In this document: in pieces, positions 19,501-28,516 of the stretch
Layout of the letters: each line of letters starts with the position of its first letter
Numbering within the stretch: position 1 is the stretch's first letter
Assembly (NCBI GenBank): GCA_002167855.2
Contig: NHBG02000019.1
Location: 39,407-103,406 of the forward strand
From: Gammaproteobacteria bacterium TMED1
GTDB taxonomy: Bacteria > Pseudomonadota > Gammaproteobacteria > Pseudomonadales > Azotimanducaceae
DNA: 64,000 bases
Direction of reading: 5' to 3'
Translations under genes and position numbers: made by a program
Notes under the pieces: model-generated
Seen by the model: the letters and a program-made list of their open reading frames with translations, nothing else
Database searches by the model: none
What the model was told of the DNA's origin: nothing

Positions 19501-19571
19501 TAGCAAAACATGTTACAAACCTAAGCCACCATCTTGAGAACATCTCTTTGCAATCCAGAGACTTCCACTAA
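16539..19571 (+). CDS. dnaE2: error-prone DNA polymerase III alpha-like subunit DnaE2 (ImuC); the real start is almost certainly upstream of 16503
   Basis: PHP domain ([15 protein letters not shown]), [35 protein letters not shown], and a C-terminal OB fold. About 1010-1030 aa, matching DnaE2 rather than DnaE1. The conserved YAELHCISNYSF is encoded in frame at 16503-16538, before the first canonical start. Confidence 0.9.
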   Translation: [1010 protein letters not shown]

Positions 19572-19821
19572 AAAAGCATCCGGACTAAATTAGATAAAAG
19601 ATCTTCGAATATCACTTCACGAATCTTTTAGCTTACATTCATATGGAATGAAATCATTGAACTATACCTCCTTTGTCTAAGCATCCATATGATAAGCTTT
19701 CTAAGCTTTACCGATCACTGATTTTTATCCCAATTCCGACATATTATAATTCCTTAAGGATAGAGTATTGCATATTCTGCCACTCAGAAAAGGACAACTA
19801 ACATTTGGTTAAAACCATCTT

Positions 19822-21168
19822 ATGACCAAACATCAAAATCTTACTGAGGGTGCCATATCAGGTCATCTTTTCCGCCTTTCCGGTGTGATGATTATTGGCT
19901 TTATTGCCTGGACACTCGGTGGACTCATTGAGATATTTTATTTAGGTATAGTTGGACTCGATGCTCTCGCAGCAATTACCTTCGCATTCCCCCTTACGAT
20001 GTCACTCACAGCATTTATCCGCGGTATTGGAGTAGGAGCATCTTCTATTATTGCTAGAGCTCTTGGTGAATCCGATCGAAATAAAGCCGCAATAACTACA
20101 AGCCACTGCAATGTGATCGTTATCCTAATCACAGTAACACTGTCATTAATCGGATTTCTGACGGCAGAACTATTCTACCTAGCCATGGGAGCAAGGAATG
20201 AGATTCTTAATCTAGCAGTGGCTTACACACAAATCTGGCTACTTGGATTTCCAATGATTGGAATGGCTATGGTGTCAAATGGCATGATTCGATCATTTGG
20301 CGATGCAAGTTTTTCTGCCTCAATCATGTTGAGTGCCCCGGCGATACAAGTCGTCATCGGCCCATTTTTGATATTTGGATGGCTTGGATTACCAGCACTA
20401 GGAGTAATAGGCGCCGCATGGGCAGCGGTAATAGGTGGAGTATGTCAGTTTCTAATTAGTTCCTACTGGTTTCTGCTAAAAGAAAAGCTGTTAAGAGCAG
20501 AGTTTCCCTCTTTATGGTCTTCTTGTAAGGACATTCTTCATGTTGGAATACCTGCTGCATCAACCAATCTAATTGGACCTCTCTCCACTGGAATTACTAC
20601 ATGGTTGCTCTCTAGCTATGGCATCGCGGTAGTCGCCGGATTTGGAGTCGCTAGTCGCATTGAGTCGGTGGCTGGCATGGTTACCGTTGGGTTCGCTACA
20701 AGCATAGTACCTATTGTTGGACAAAACTGGGGAGCAGGAAAAATCGATAGAGTTTATTTAGCGCTTAAGACTTGCTATCTAGCTTGCCATGCGTGGGGGC
20801 TTATAGCGGCTGCTGGGATTTGGATGGGGGCGGCATTCCTTGTGCGTCTTTTTAGCGACGAGGAGGCAATTCTAGAAAGCGCAGTATGGTTTCTCTATAT
20901 CGTCCCCCTTAGTATTGGTTTCGGTGGTATGGTAAATATAGCAACGCATTCATTTAATGCACTTCGAACGCCACTGCCTGCCCTTATCCTTTCATTAGCT
21001 CGCGTTCTTTTTGTTTACGTCCCTTTAGCAGCGATCCTTCAATTGTGGATGGGTTATCAAGGTATTTTCATTGCAATAGCTTTGAGCAACCTAATCGTAG
21101 GATTATTAGCCTACCGTTGGAATAATTATGCACTGGAAAAAAGAATTCGTGGAATAATTAAGAACTAA
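19822..21168 (+). CDS. MATE family efflux transporter (NorM/DinF-like)
   Basis: 448 aa with about 12 predicted TM segments and two internally similar halves. The overall pattern fits MatE-type transporters. Confidence 0.85.
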   Translation: MTKHQNLTEGAISGHLFRLSGVMIIGFIAWTLGGLIEIFYLGIVGLDALAAITFAFPLTMSLTAFIRGIGVGASSIIARALGESDRNKAAITTSHCNVIVILITVTLSLIGFLTAELFYLAMGARNEILNLAVAYTQIWLLGFPMIGMAMVSNGMIRSFGDASFSASIMLSAPAIQVVIGPFLIFGWLGLPALGVIGAAWAAVIGGVCQFLISSYWFLLKEKLLRAEFPSLWSSCKDILHVGIPAASTNLIGPLSTGITTWLLSSYGIAVVAGFGVASRIESVAGMVTVGFATSIVPIVGQNWGAGKIDRVYLALKTCYLACHAWGLIAAAGIWMGAAFLVRLFSDEEAILESAVWFLYIVPLSIGFGGMVNIATHSFNALRTPLPALILSLARVLFVYVPLAAILQLWMGYQGIFIAIALSNLIVGLLAYRWNNYALEKRIRGIIKN

Positions 21169-21665
21169 GTACCTAGTAAAACTCTTGCGTTAACCAGGCC
21201 CGATTTGACCTGCCGATCAATAGAGATTTGCTCGACGGAGACCCCATACTCTCGATGAAGTAAAACCAACCAACCCATAAGATCATTGAACACAACCTTA
21301 TCGAACCACAATATTACAGTAGTACCGCCTTCTGGTTGTATCCTGTTCGGTTGTATACCCTTTTCTTTTGCGACATTACTTATGTCTTCGATTAATGATT
21401 GACCCGAGGATCTCTGCTTGTTTACCCCCAAGACAGCTCTCGCTTGCTGTTCACTGGAACGCATATATTGAAGTAACCCAAACGCAGCATCGCGTTTTAT
21501 AAGACTATTTTCATGATAACGATGAACAGGAGACCAAATACCAAAATATAAAACCAGAACTCCAAGGAATAAAATGAGAACCTTTAGGACTTTTCGTTCT
21601 CTAGCGTCAAGCGTATTCAAACTTGCAAGTTGACGACCGAAGGCTCCTTTAAATCCCATCGTCAA
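21165..21665 (-). CDS. gspM: type II secretion system protein M
   Basis: 166 aa, single N-terminal TM, last gene of the gsp operon. It overlaps gspL by 4 nt. Confidence 0.8.
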   Translation of the reverse strand: MTMGFKGAFGRQLASLNTLDARERKVLKVLILFLGVLVLYFGIWSPVHRYHENSLIKRDAAFGLLQYMRSSEQQARAVLGVNKQRSSGQSLIEDISNVAKEKGIQPNRIQPEGGTTVILWFDKVVFNDLMGWLVLLHREYGVSVEQISIDRQVKSGLVNARVLLGT

Positions 21666-22846
21666 TCTCCAAGTGACTTAATCTTAAGACTTCCACGAAC
21701 TGAACCCTCCTGCTGGGATATTGTGCCGATCTCTGCATTTAGTCCCACTTTATTCAGGGTGGCAGAGAAATTTACTAAGGTTTCGGGCCGGTCGGCTCCA
21801 ACCTGGATAACCAATTCACCCCGACTCTTATTATAATTCACATTGTCCAAAGAAATTCCTGTCCCAGGAAGATACAACGCAGTATCTCGAAAAATTTGTA
21901 GAAAATTTCCATCATCTCCTGTTCCACTCAAACGAGCCGTCCAAGTCCGACGGATATCTCTCACATTTTGGTCCCCGGGATAAACATCTTTGAAAAGCGC
22001 GCTGACTTCGTCAGAATAGTGACTAGCCTTATAATCAAGAAAAATACCCTTCGCGAACAGCAAACACAGGTACAAAACTAGAGTACTCACAGCTAGGATT
22101 TTAGCTACTCCCCATACAGCCTTATCAGGCGTTATTTTGCTTGAGACTTGGAAGTCACCTTGCAATAAATTAAGTTCGTTCCCAGAATAATATTCGACCA
22201 GTGCTTCAAGTCCCTCCTCTTTCTGAGCATGTACCGTTACTGAGCTTTTTGTTTCCATTTCCGCGATTTCAATGCCTAATTGATCTATCTTGCTGGCAGG
22301 AACATACAAGTCGATGTCATTAGACTCCTTAATTAAACCCACAACCATAGCTAACTGTGTGATTGGGGCACAAAAACCTGTCTGGTCACTGGTTCTTATA
22401 TGCGCTTTCCCACCCTCGATAGTAATACTAGTTTTTTGACCCTTCGGAGCAATGAGGGTATCAACAGTCACAACAGCAGGCTCCAGGTCAACATCTTTCA
22501 ATTGACTGAGGTACTCTCTCATATCTTCTCGAGCGTTTATGCAGACAACAAATTCTCCCAGCTGATTTTTCTCTCCCAGAGCGAAGTGGCACGTTTCGAT
22601 ATCGACCGCTAACTTTTCTTCCACCGCATAGGGTAACGCTTGAGCAATGTGTCGTGATTGTCTGCTAGGAATTTTTGCTGTAGTGACTAATACTTTCTCG
22701 CCGGGAATCAAGGCAACAACATCGCCTTCCCAATCAATTTCCTTTAGATCCTCTGAAACTTTCTCGATAGCACCTGAACCGCTGGCTATCGCTGCACCCC
22801 TAGCAACCCATTCGCATTTTTTATCTAATCGAATAAATAGTGTCAT
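21662..22846 (-). CDS. gspL: type II secretion system protein L
   Basis: 394 aa: cytoplasmic actin-like N-terminal domain, one TM (AKILAVSTLVLYLCLLFA) and a periplasmic C-terminal domain. It lies between gspK and gspM. Confidence 0.8.
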   Translation of the reverse strand: MTLFIRLDKKCEWVARGAAIASGSGAIEKVSEDLKEIDWEGDVVALIPGEKVLVTTAKIPSRQSRHIAQALPYAVEEKLAVDIETCHFALGEKNQLGEFVVCINAREDMREYLSQLKDVDLEPAVVTVDTLIAPKGQKTSITIEGGKAHIRTSDQTGFCAPITQLAMVVGLIKESNDIDLYVPASKIDQLGIEIAEMETKSSVTVHAQKEEGLEALVEYYSGNELNLLQGDFQVSSKITPDKAVWGVAKILAVSTLVLYLCLLFAKGIFLDYKASHYSDEVSALFKDVYPGDQNVRDIRRTWTARLSGTGDDGNFLQIFRDTALYLPGTGISLDNVNYNKSRGELVIQVGADRPETLVNFSATLNKVGLNAEIGTISQQEGSVRGSLKIKSLGD

Positions 22847-23823
22847 GATTTAGCTTTCTGGACAGCACTATCTTTCATGGGGAATATCTTACGAGAATGA
22901 TTACGGGAAATAACGTGAGTGGATCCATCATTACCCCTTTGTATAATACTAGTTAAATAACCGAATCTATCCCCATACCGAGCGCGCACCTGAACCTCAA
23001 AAAAGTTGGATTGTACACTAAGACCGGTTGCCTTGATCCCTAAAGGAGATATCGGAGATGCTTGCAAGAATTCGTCAACAGAATTAAAGGGACCATTAGT
23101 TTCTTGAACGCGCAGTAAGCTGTTATCAACGCCGCCTGAAGAAGCCGGTAGGATGGCATTAAGAACGGTAAGGTCTGAAGTATTTATATTTAAGGGAGTA
23201 TTTAGCTCAGGTAGGGCACTGAGACTATTCCTTAACTGCTCAAAAGATGCAAAGTCCATACCCAAGATGAGACTTAGTTCTGTCACATCTGTAAAGGGCT
23301 GGCCGCTGGTCCGATAAGGCGTAGCAAGTCCAAGGTAATCATAATCCTCTGCTCCCAGGGTTCGGGCAACACCATCATAGTCCATCCAATCTATTAAACG
23401 ATCTAGATACATTACGTCTAAGCCATTATCAAGAAGCAGCTTGCCAAAACGTCGCCGAGCTTCTCGGCCGAGGTCCCCCTCCAAAATGAGAGAATTAATA
23501 TTAAACTTACCTTGTAGATCAATAATATTAATAGTAATTTCTCCCCCCTCAAATTCAAAATAAAGATTTTTTTCAGCCCACTCCTCATTTAAGTGGTCTA
23601 TCCCTGGCGAATCTTGGAAGTCTTGCCAGAGAATCTGTCTAGCCAACTCTTCTCCTCCAAGTGCATACAAATTAGTCTGAGTAAAATCATAGCTGTTTCT
23701 AATCTGATGGGTTGCGAAATTTTGATTTTGGATCATAGAGACAGACAAAACAGTAACTATAACGACCAGAAGGAGCACTGAAATCAGAGCAACCCCCGAT
23801 TCCATCTTTCTAGTTTTTATCAT
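22843..23823 (-). CDS. gspK: type II secretion minor pseudopilin GspK
   Basis: 326 aa. The N-terminus ESGVALISVLLLVVIVTVL (pseudopilin-like, no Glu+5) and the length are typical of GspK. Confidence 0.85.
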   Translation of the reverse strand: MIKTRKMESGVALISVLLLVVIVTVLSVSMIQNQNFATHQIRNSYDFTQTNLYALGGEELARQILWQDFQDSPGIDHLNEEWAEKNLYFEFEGGEITINIIDLQGKFNINSLILEGDLGREARRRFGKLLLDNGLDVMYLDRLIDWMDYDGVARTLGAEDYDYLGLATPYRTSGQPFTDVTELSLILGMDFASFEQLRNSLSALPELNTPLNINTSDLTVLNAILPASSGGVDNSLLRVQETNGPFNSVDEFLQASPISPLGIKATGLSVQSNFFEVQVRARYGDRFGYLTSIIQRGNDGSTHVISRNHSRKIFPMKDSAVQKAKS

Positions 23824-24506
23824 TCTGCTTGACCCACAGGGTACCTGTCGAGGCCATCATTTCCCTCAAGCTCTTCCCCCTCCTTTACCATTTGCGCTTT
23901 GTTAATAGACCTCGCCGCCTCCGGCAGAACGAAGGTCCTGCGAATTTCGCCAACAGACTCGACCGCAAGTATTATCTCGATACCTAGCGGTAAAACTTCC
24001 TCTCGATCAAATGCTGGCCAAATATCTGTGCTCTCACCAGGTTGGGTTATTGCTTTTACCTGAAAGGTTTTTACCCCATCAAGTAATCTCTGCATTCGGG
24101 GCTGAGAGTCCTCAGCCCGGTCCAAAACCAGCCAGAAATAGCGATACAGGGTCCCATCAGTTGTCTTATAAGCGACACGTTGCAGTTCACTTCTCGAGTG
24201 AAGAGCGGGATTATTCCAGCCACTTCTCGACAACTCCAGACTGTAACCCCTCTGCCCAACAATTAAAGCACCAGAAATATCGCCGTATTCATCACGTATA
24301 TTTCTTGGAGCTAGTTGACTCACATCACGATAGACGACATTTAAAGCTCGACCCACGTCGTTAATACTTTTGTTACTCAAATTTACTATAGATTCAGTTT
24401 TAATAATGGAACGCAATAACTGTGTACTGACAAGACTAATAATTGCAAAAATTGATATAGCGACTAATACCTCGAGCAAGGTAAAGCCTCTTTCATGGGT
24501 CTCCAT
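23820..24506 (-). CDS. gspJ: type II secretion minor pseudopilin GspJ
   Basis: Prepilin-type N-terminus ERGFTLLEVLVAISIFAI. Length is 228 aa. Operon position supports the call. Confidence 0.85.
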   Translation of the reverse strand: METHERGFTLLEVLVAISIFAIISLVSTQLLRSIIKTESIVNLSNKSINDVGRALNVVYRDVSQLAPRNIRDEYGDISGALIVGQRGYSLELSRSGWNNPALHSRSELQRVAYKTTDGTLYRYFWLVLDRAEDSQPRMQRLLDGVKTFQVKAITQPGESTDIWPAFDREEVLPLGIEIILAVESVGEIRRTFVLPEAARSINKAQMVKEGEELEGNDGLDRYPVGQAE

Positions 24507-24507
24507 C

Positions 24508-24915
24508 TTAATACCGACCCAAAAAACTAGTTAGCTCAATCAACGGCTTATCAAAAGTCGAGTCCTGAAATACAGCAACGTCAATACGTCGCATCAATGG
24601 ATTGTCGGTGACCATAAAGCGCACTTCGATTTGCCAAGTTTGCATTGCCATTTTTTGTGGATACCGTCTGGTTCCTAAAGCCGGCCAAAAATCTTCACCT
24701 CGTGGGAGCATACGGAGCTTTGCAATTTCATTTTCTGCTATCCATTGAGCAACCACACGCTCCTTGAGGCCTCTCGATTGACTTACAGAGTCCGTCACAC
24801 TCTTGAAAACTGCAGTTGAAATAATACCAAAGATAGATAGGGCTATCATGATCTCAATAAGGGTAAAACCCTTCTTAATCGAGCCAGTCAACATCGCTGT
24901 AGCCGTCGGTTCCAA
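24508..24915 (-). CDS. gspI: type II secretion minor pseudopilin GspI
   Basis: Prepilin-type N-terminus KKGFTLIEIMIALSIFGI. About 130 aa. An alternative start lies at 24894. Confidence 0.85.
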   Translation of the reverse strand: MEPTATAMLTGSIKKGFTLIEIMIALSIFGIISTAVFKSVTDSVSQSRGLKERVVAQWIAENEIAKLRMLPRGEDFWPALGTRRYPQKMAMQTWQIEVRFMVTDNPLMRRIDVAVFQDSTFDKPLIELTSFLGRY

Positions 24916-25399
24916 GGGTTTTTACGAGACCGTTATTTTTTGCTTGTCTGATATCAAGTTCAAACGGTGTCACTTCACCACTAGATAGAATTAAAACGGA
25001 TGGTGCACCCCGCCCAGATATATCAAGACTCTTCCCTTCTATTCGAAGCGACAATGTCAGCTTTTCATCTAACCTTCGTATTTTGAAAGGGGTTTCTTTT
25101 AGTGGCAGCCATCCTTCGAATTCTTCAGCATCCTGAAAAAACTCGTAACCATAAACTCGCGCATTCTCATACCTGTAAATTTGTAATCCATAATTAGTCG
25201 ATTCCATGACTGCTTTCTCACTAAGAAGTCTAACTAGGACTCTAATGCGCTCTGACTCTCTTTCAAAATAATCAAACTGCGTGAAAACCGGCAAACTGAC
25301 TACGGCGATTCCTGTCATTAAGGAAGCGATGAATAATACGATTAAAATTTCTAAAAGAGTGAATCCCCTACTAGAGTTCGGACAGCGCGATATCTGCAT
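24875..25399 (-). CDS. gspH: type II secretion minor pseudopilin GspH
   Basis: Prepilin-type N-terminus SRGFTLLEILIVLFIASL. Length is 174 aa. Confidence 0.85.
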   Translation of the reverse strand: MQISRCPNSSRGFTLLEILIVLFIASLMTGIAVVSLPVFTQFDYFERESERIRVLVRLLSEKAVMESTNYGLQIYRYENARVYGYEFFQDAEEFEGWLPLKETPFKIRRLDEKLTLSLRIEGKSLDISGRGAPSVLILSSGEVTPFELDIRQAKNNGLVKTLGTDGYSDVDWLD

Positions 25400-25790
25400 C
25401 TACCCCCTCGCCACCTTCTTTTTGATCGGCGCCATAGGAGTAAACATCCATGACTCGACCCTCACTAACAAATCTGTATGGTTCACCCCAAGGATCCACA
25501 GGAACTTTTTTGAGATATCCATCTGGGTTCCAACGACGAGGCGCGGGATAACCTGTTGGTTGATTAACAAGTGCCTCAATACCTTGCTCCGTACTCGGAT
25601 AATGCCCATTATCCAATCGATAAAGCTCCAACGCGTTGCCTATCGCCTGAATATCTGTAGTAGCTGCAGTAACTCTAGCCTCATCAGGCCGACCAATAAT
25701 GTTTGGAACAATAAGAGCCCCTAAAATTCCAAGGATCACAACGACGACCATTATCTCAATCAGTGTAAAGCCAGTCATTTTTCGCACCAT
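25371..25790 (-). CDS. gspG: type II secretion major pseudopilin GspG
   Basis: MTGFTLIEIMVVVVILGILGALIVPNI...LELYRLDNGHYPSTEQGIEALV...DPWGEPY is a classical GspG. SD GGGAGAAG lies upstream. Confidence 0.92.
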   Translation of the reverse strand: MVRKMTGFTLIEIMVVVVILGILGALIVPNIIGRPDEARVTAATTDIQAIGNALELYRLDNGHYPSTEQGIEALVNQPTGYPAPRRWNPDGYLKKVPVDPWGEPYRFVSEGRVMDVYSYGADQKEGGEGVDADIALSEL

Positions 25791-25837
25791 CTTCTCCCTA
25801 ATAAAAGTTACTTTTTGTACTCAAAGATTAAGGCGTC

Positions 25838-27058
25838 TTATATTACCAGTTGATTCAAATTTATTATCGGGAGCAGGATCGCCATAACTATCGTAAATAC
25901 CGCACCACCCATTAAAATTAACATCAGAGGTCCAAATAAACTCAGCAATATACTCAATAACCCTTCAACATCTTGCTGCATATAGACCGAAACCTTTTGT
26001 AGCATTTTATCGAGCTCTCCACTCGCCTCGCCGCTTGCAATCATGTGCAACATCATCGGGGGGAAATAACCGCTTTGATCCAACGCTATATTCAAACTCG
26101 AACCCTCGCTAACATTGACAGTTGCCTCTGCTATTTTTTGTTTAAGCCAGGAGTTCGATAGCACTTCTCCGGAAATTCTAAGCGCCTCAACTATAGGCAC
26201 TCCGCTTGACGACAATATAGCTAGAGTGCTCGAGAATTGGGCTGCATTAATACCTCGGCTTAACTTTGAAACAATCGGCACATGCAAAATCCTCCGGTCG
26301 TAAGCAAGCCGTATAGATGGCATTTCCAACAGCCGATGAAAAACTATCAGCAAGAAAATAATCCCTACCATAATGACTAAAACATAATGTCCTAAAAAGT
26401 CGCTTAGAGAGATGATAAATCGGGTTAAGTAAGGTAATTGCTGTCCCGTGTCTGCAAAAACTTCAACTATATCTGGAACAACGTACCCAAGAAGACCAGC
26501 GAGGATTAGCAAAGTAAGCAAAAATAAAATAACCGGGTAGACTAGAGCTTGTTGGATTTTTGATCGAGTTTGATGTTGTGCTTCAGTAAAATCAGCAAGT
26601 CGATTTAAAACTAAATCAAGGTGACCTGCAGATTCACCGGCTGCTACCGTAGCCCGATAGATTCGAGGAAACGCCCTAGGATAATTTGCCAAGCTGTTCG
26701 CAAGAGAATAACCCTCCATTACTCTCGATCTCACCGCGACAAGCATCTTCTGAACTCGGGATACTTCAGATTGTTTAGAGACAGTAAGGAGAGCTTCTTC
26801 AACCGGTAACCCAGCTCCAATCAATGTAGCCAGTTGTCTAATAACCACAGCCCTGTCAGTCACCCTCAAAGAGGTCGCGAACCATTCAGTCGACAAAAAT
26901 TTCACGTTGCCCGAGCCTTTCTCTGCAAGAGTTACAGAAAGGGGTAGAAAGTTTCTATCACGCAACAGTTGGCGCACCTGGCGGTTACTATCTCCTTCTA
27001 AAACACCCTTTTGCTCCTTTCCTTGGGAATTGAGAGCAACATACTCGAAGGCAGCCAA
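25838..27058 (-). CDS. gspF: type II secretion inner-membrane platform protein GspF
   Basis: TTG start giving (M)AAFEYVALNSQGKEQKGVLEG. 406 aa with a duplicated T2SSF domain. Confidence 0.92.
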   Translation of the reverse strand: MAAFEYVALNSQGKEQKGVLEGDSNRQVRQLLRDRNFLPLSVTLAEKGSGNVKFLSTEWFATSLRVTDRAVVIRQLATLIGAGLPVEEALLTVSKQSEVSRVQKMLVAVRSRVMEGYSLANSLANYPRAFPRIYRATVAAGESAGHLDLVLNRLADFTEAQHQTRSKIQQALVYPVILFLLTLLILAGLLGYVVPDIVEVFADTGQQLPYLTRFIISLSDFLGHYVLVIMVGIIFLLIVFHRLLEMPSIRLAYDRRILHVPIVSKLSRGINAAQFSSTLAILSSSGVPIVEALRISGEVLSNSWLKQKIAEATVNVSEGSSLNIALDQSGYFPPMMLHMIASGEASGELDKMLQKVSVYMQQDVEGLLSILLSLFGPLMLILMGGAVFTIVMAILLPIINLNQLVI

Positions 27059-27061
27059 AGT

Positions 27062-28516
27062 TTAGTCATCCATTGTCTGACGAAGGACTTCGTCTATCGT
27101 CGTTAGACCCGCTAACACTTTTTGTCTTCCATCATCACGAATACCGGAAGACTGGGCTCTCGCATGGGCCTCTATATCCAACTCTGAAACTCCACTATGA
27201 ATCATCCTTCGAATGTCCTCATCAATCTGTACCACCTCATAAATACCAATCCTACCTCGGTAACCCTCATACGCACATTTTTCGCAGCCCTTGGCACGAA
27301 AGATCTCTGGGCGAGGACGTTTTTTCACCTTTAAAAACTCACACTCATAAGAATCAGCCTTATACGACTCCCTGCAATCGGCACATACGACTCTAACTAG
27401 TCTTTGTGCCAAAACGCCAATAATGCTATTACTAAGTAAATAAGGTTGAACTCCCATATTCGCAAGGCGCGTCAGGGCACCAATCGCGGTGTTAGTGTGT
27501 ACAGTTGATAGTACCAAATGACCAGTCAAGCTAGCTTGCACAGAAATGTCAGCTGTCTCAGTATCGCGAATTTCTCCCACCATGACTACATCCGGATCTT
27601 GACGCAAGATTGCGCGCAGGCCTTTTGCAAAGGTCATATTTGCCCGCGTATTTACCTGAGTTTGCCCTATACCTTCCACATCGTATTCAATGGGATCTTC
27701 CACCGTAAGAATGTTTCGAGAACGATCATTTAATTGATCAAGACAAGCATAAAGCGTCGTGGACTTTCCAGAACCGGTAGGTCCTGTAACTAATATGATA
27801 CCATGCGGTCGGTGCACCAATGCAATCATTACCTCCATATCGGATTCACTCATACCCAACCGCGAGAGATCCCGTCTCCCTTCTTGTTTGTCTAGTAATC
27901 GCATTACCACTCGCTCGCCCTTGCTAGCTGGTATTGTAGACACACGCACATCTACTTCCTTCCCGCCTACCAAAACTGAGATACGCCCATCTTGGGGTAA
28001 CCTTTTCTCTGCTATATCAAGCTTGGCCATTACTTTGATGCGCGAGACGATCAATGGAGCGAGGGCCCTTCGAGGACTTACAACTTCACGTAGAACACCA
28101 TCGACCCTAAACCTAATGACTAACCGCATCTCATAGGTCTCTACGTGGACATCTGAGGCACCAACTTTTACTGCTTCAGACAAAACGCTATTGATTAATT
28201 TTATTATCGGGGCATCATCATTGTACTCAAGTAGATCGCCGGTCTCGGGAAGCGCATCCATGATGGTGCCGAGGTCCAAATCTTCTCCAAGGTCTTCAAT
28301 CATCTGCATAGCTTCATCAGAATCGCTTTGGTAACTTAGGGAGAGCTGTTTGTCAAAAGTACTCCCATCGACCAGACGAAATTCAAGATGCTTACCGACA
28401 AAACGCTGAACCTCTGCGTAAACGTTAGGGGATAGACCGTCCTTGAAAAGAACGGTCTCAGTATCCGGGGAGATTAAAACGCCATTGCGTTTTGCAAAAC
28501 CGAAGGGGAGTCTCAT
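27062..28516 (-). CDS. gspE: type II secretion ATPase GspE
   Basis: Walker A VTGPTGSGKSTT, Asp/His boxes, and the tetracysteine CADC...CEKC. N-terminus MRLPFGFAKRNGVL. Confidence 0.93.
   Translation of the reverse strand: MRLPFGFAKRNGVLISPDTETVLFKDGLSPNVYAEVQRFVGKHLEFRLVDGSTFDKQLSLSYQSDSDEAMQMIEDLGEDLDLGTIMDALPETGDLLEYNDDAPIIKLINSVLSEAVKVGASDVHVETYEMRLVIRFRVDGVLREVVSPRRALAPLIVSRIKVMAKLDIAEKRLPQDGRISVLVGGKEVDVRVSTIPASKGERVVMRLLDKQEGRRDLSRLGMSESDMEVMIALVHRPHGIILVTGPTGSGKSTTLYACLDQLNDRSRNILTVEDPIEYDVEGIGQTQVNTRANMTFAKGLRAILRQDPDVVMVGEIRDTETADISVQASLTGHLVLSTVHTNTAIGALTRLANMGVQPYLLSNSIIGVLAQRLVRVVCADCRESYKADSYECEFLKVKKRPRPEIFRAKGCEKCAYEGYRGRIGIYEVVQIDEDIRRMIHSGVSELDIEAHARAQSSGIRDDGRQKVLAGLTTIDEVLRQTMDD

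Noticed and set aside
19693-19710. Tandem 9-mer TAAGCTTTC/TAAGCTTTA upstream of the MATE gene
   Set aside because: There are only two copies, it is short and AT-rich, and it has no partner elsewhere in the window. That is insufficient to call a repeat element or operator.
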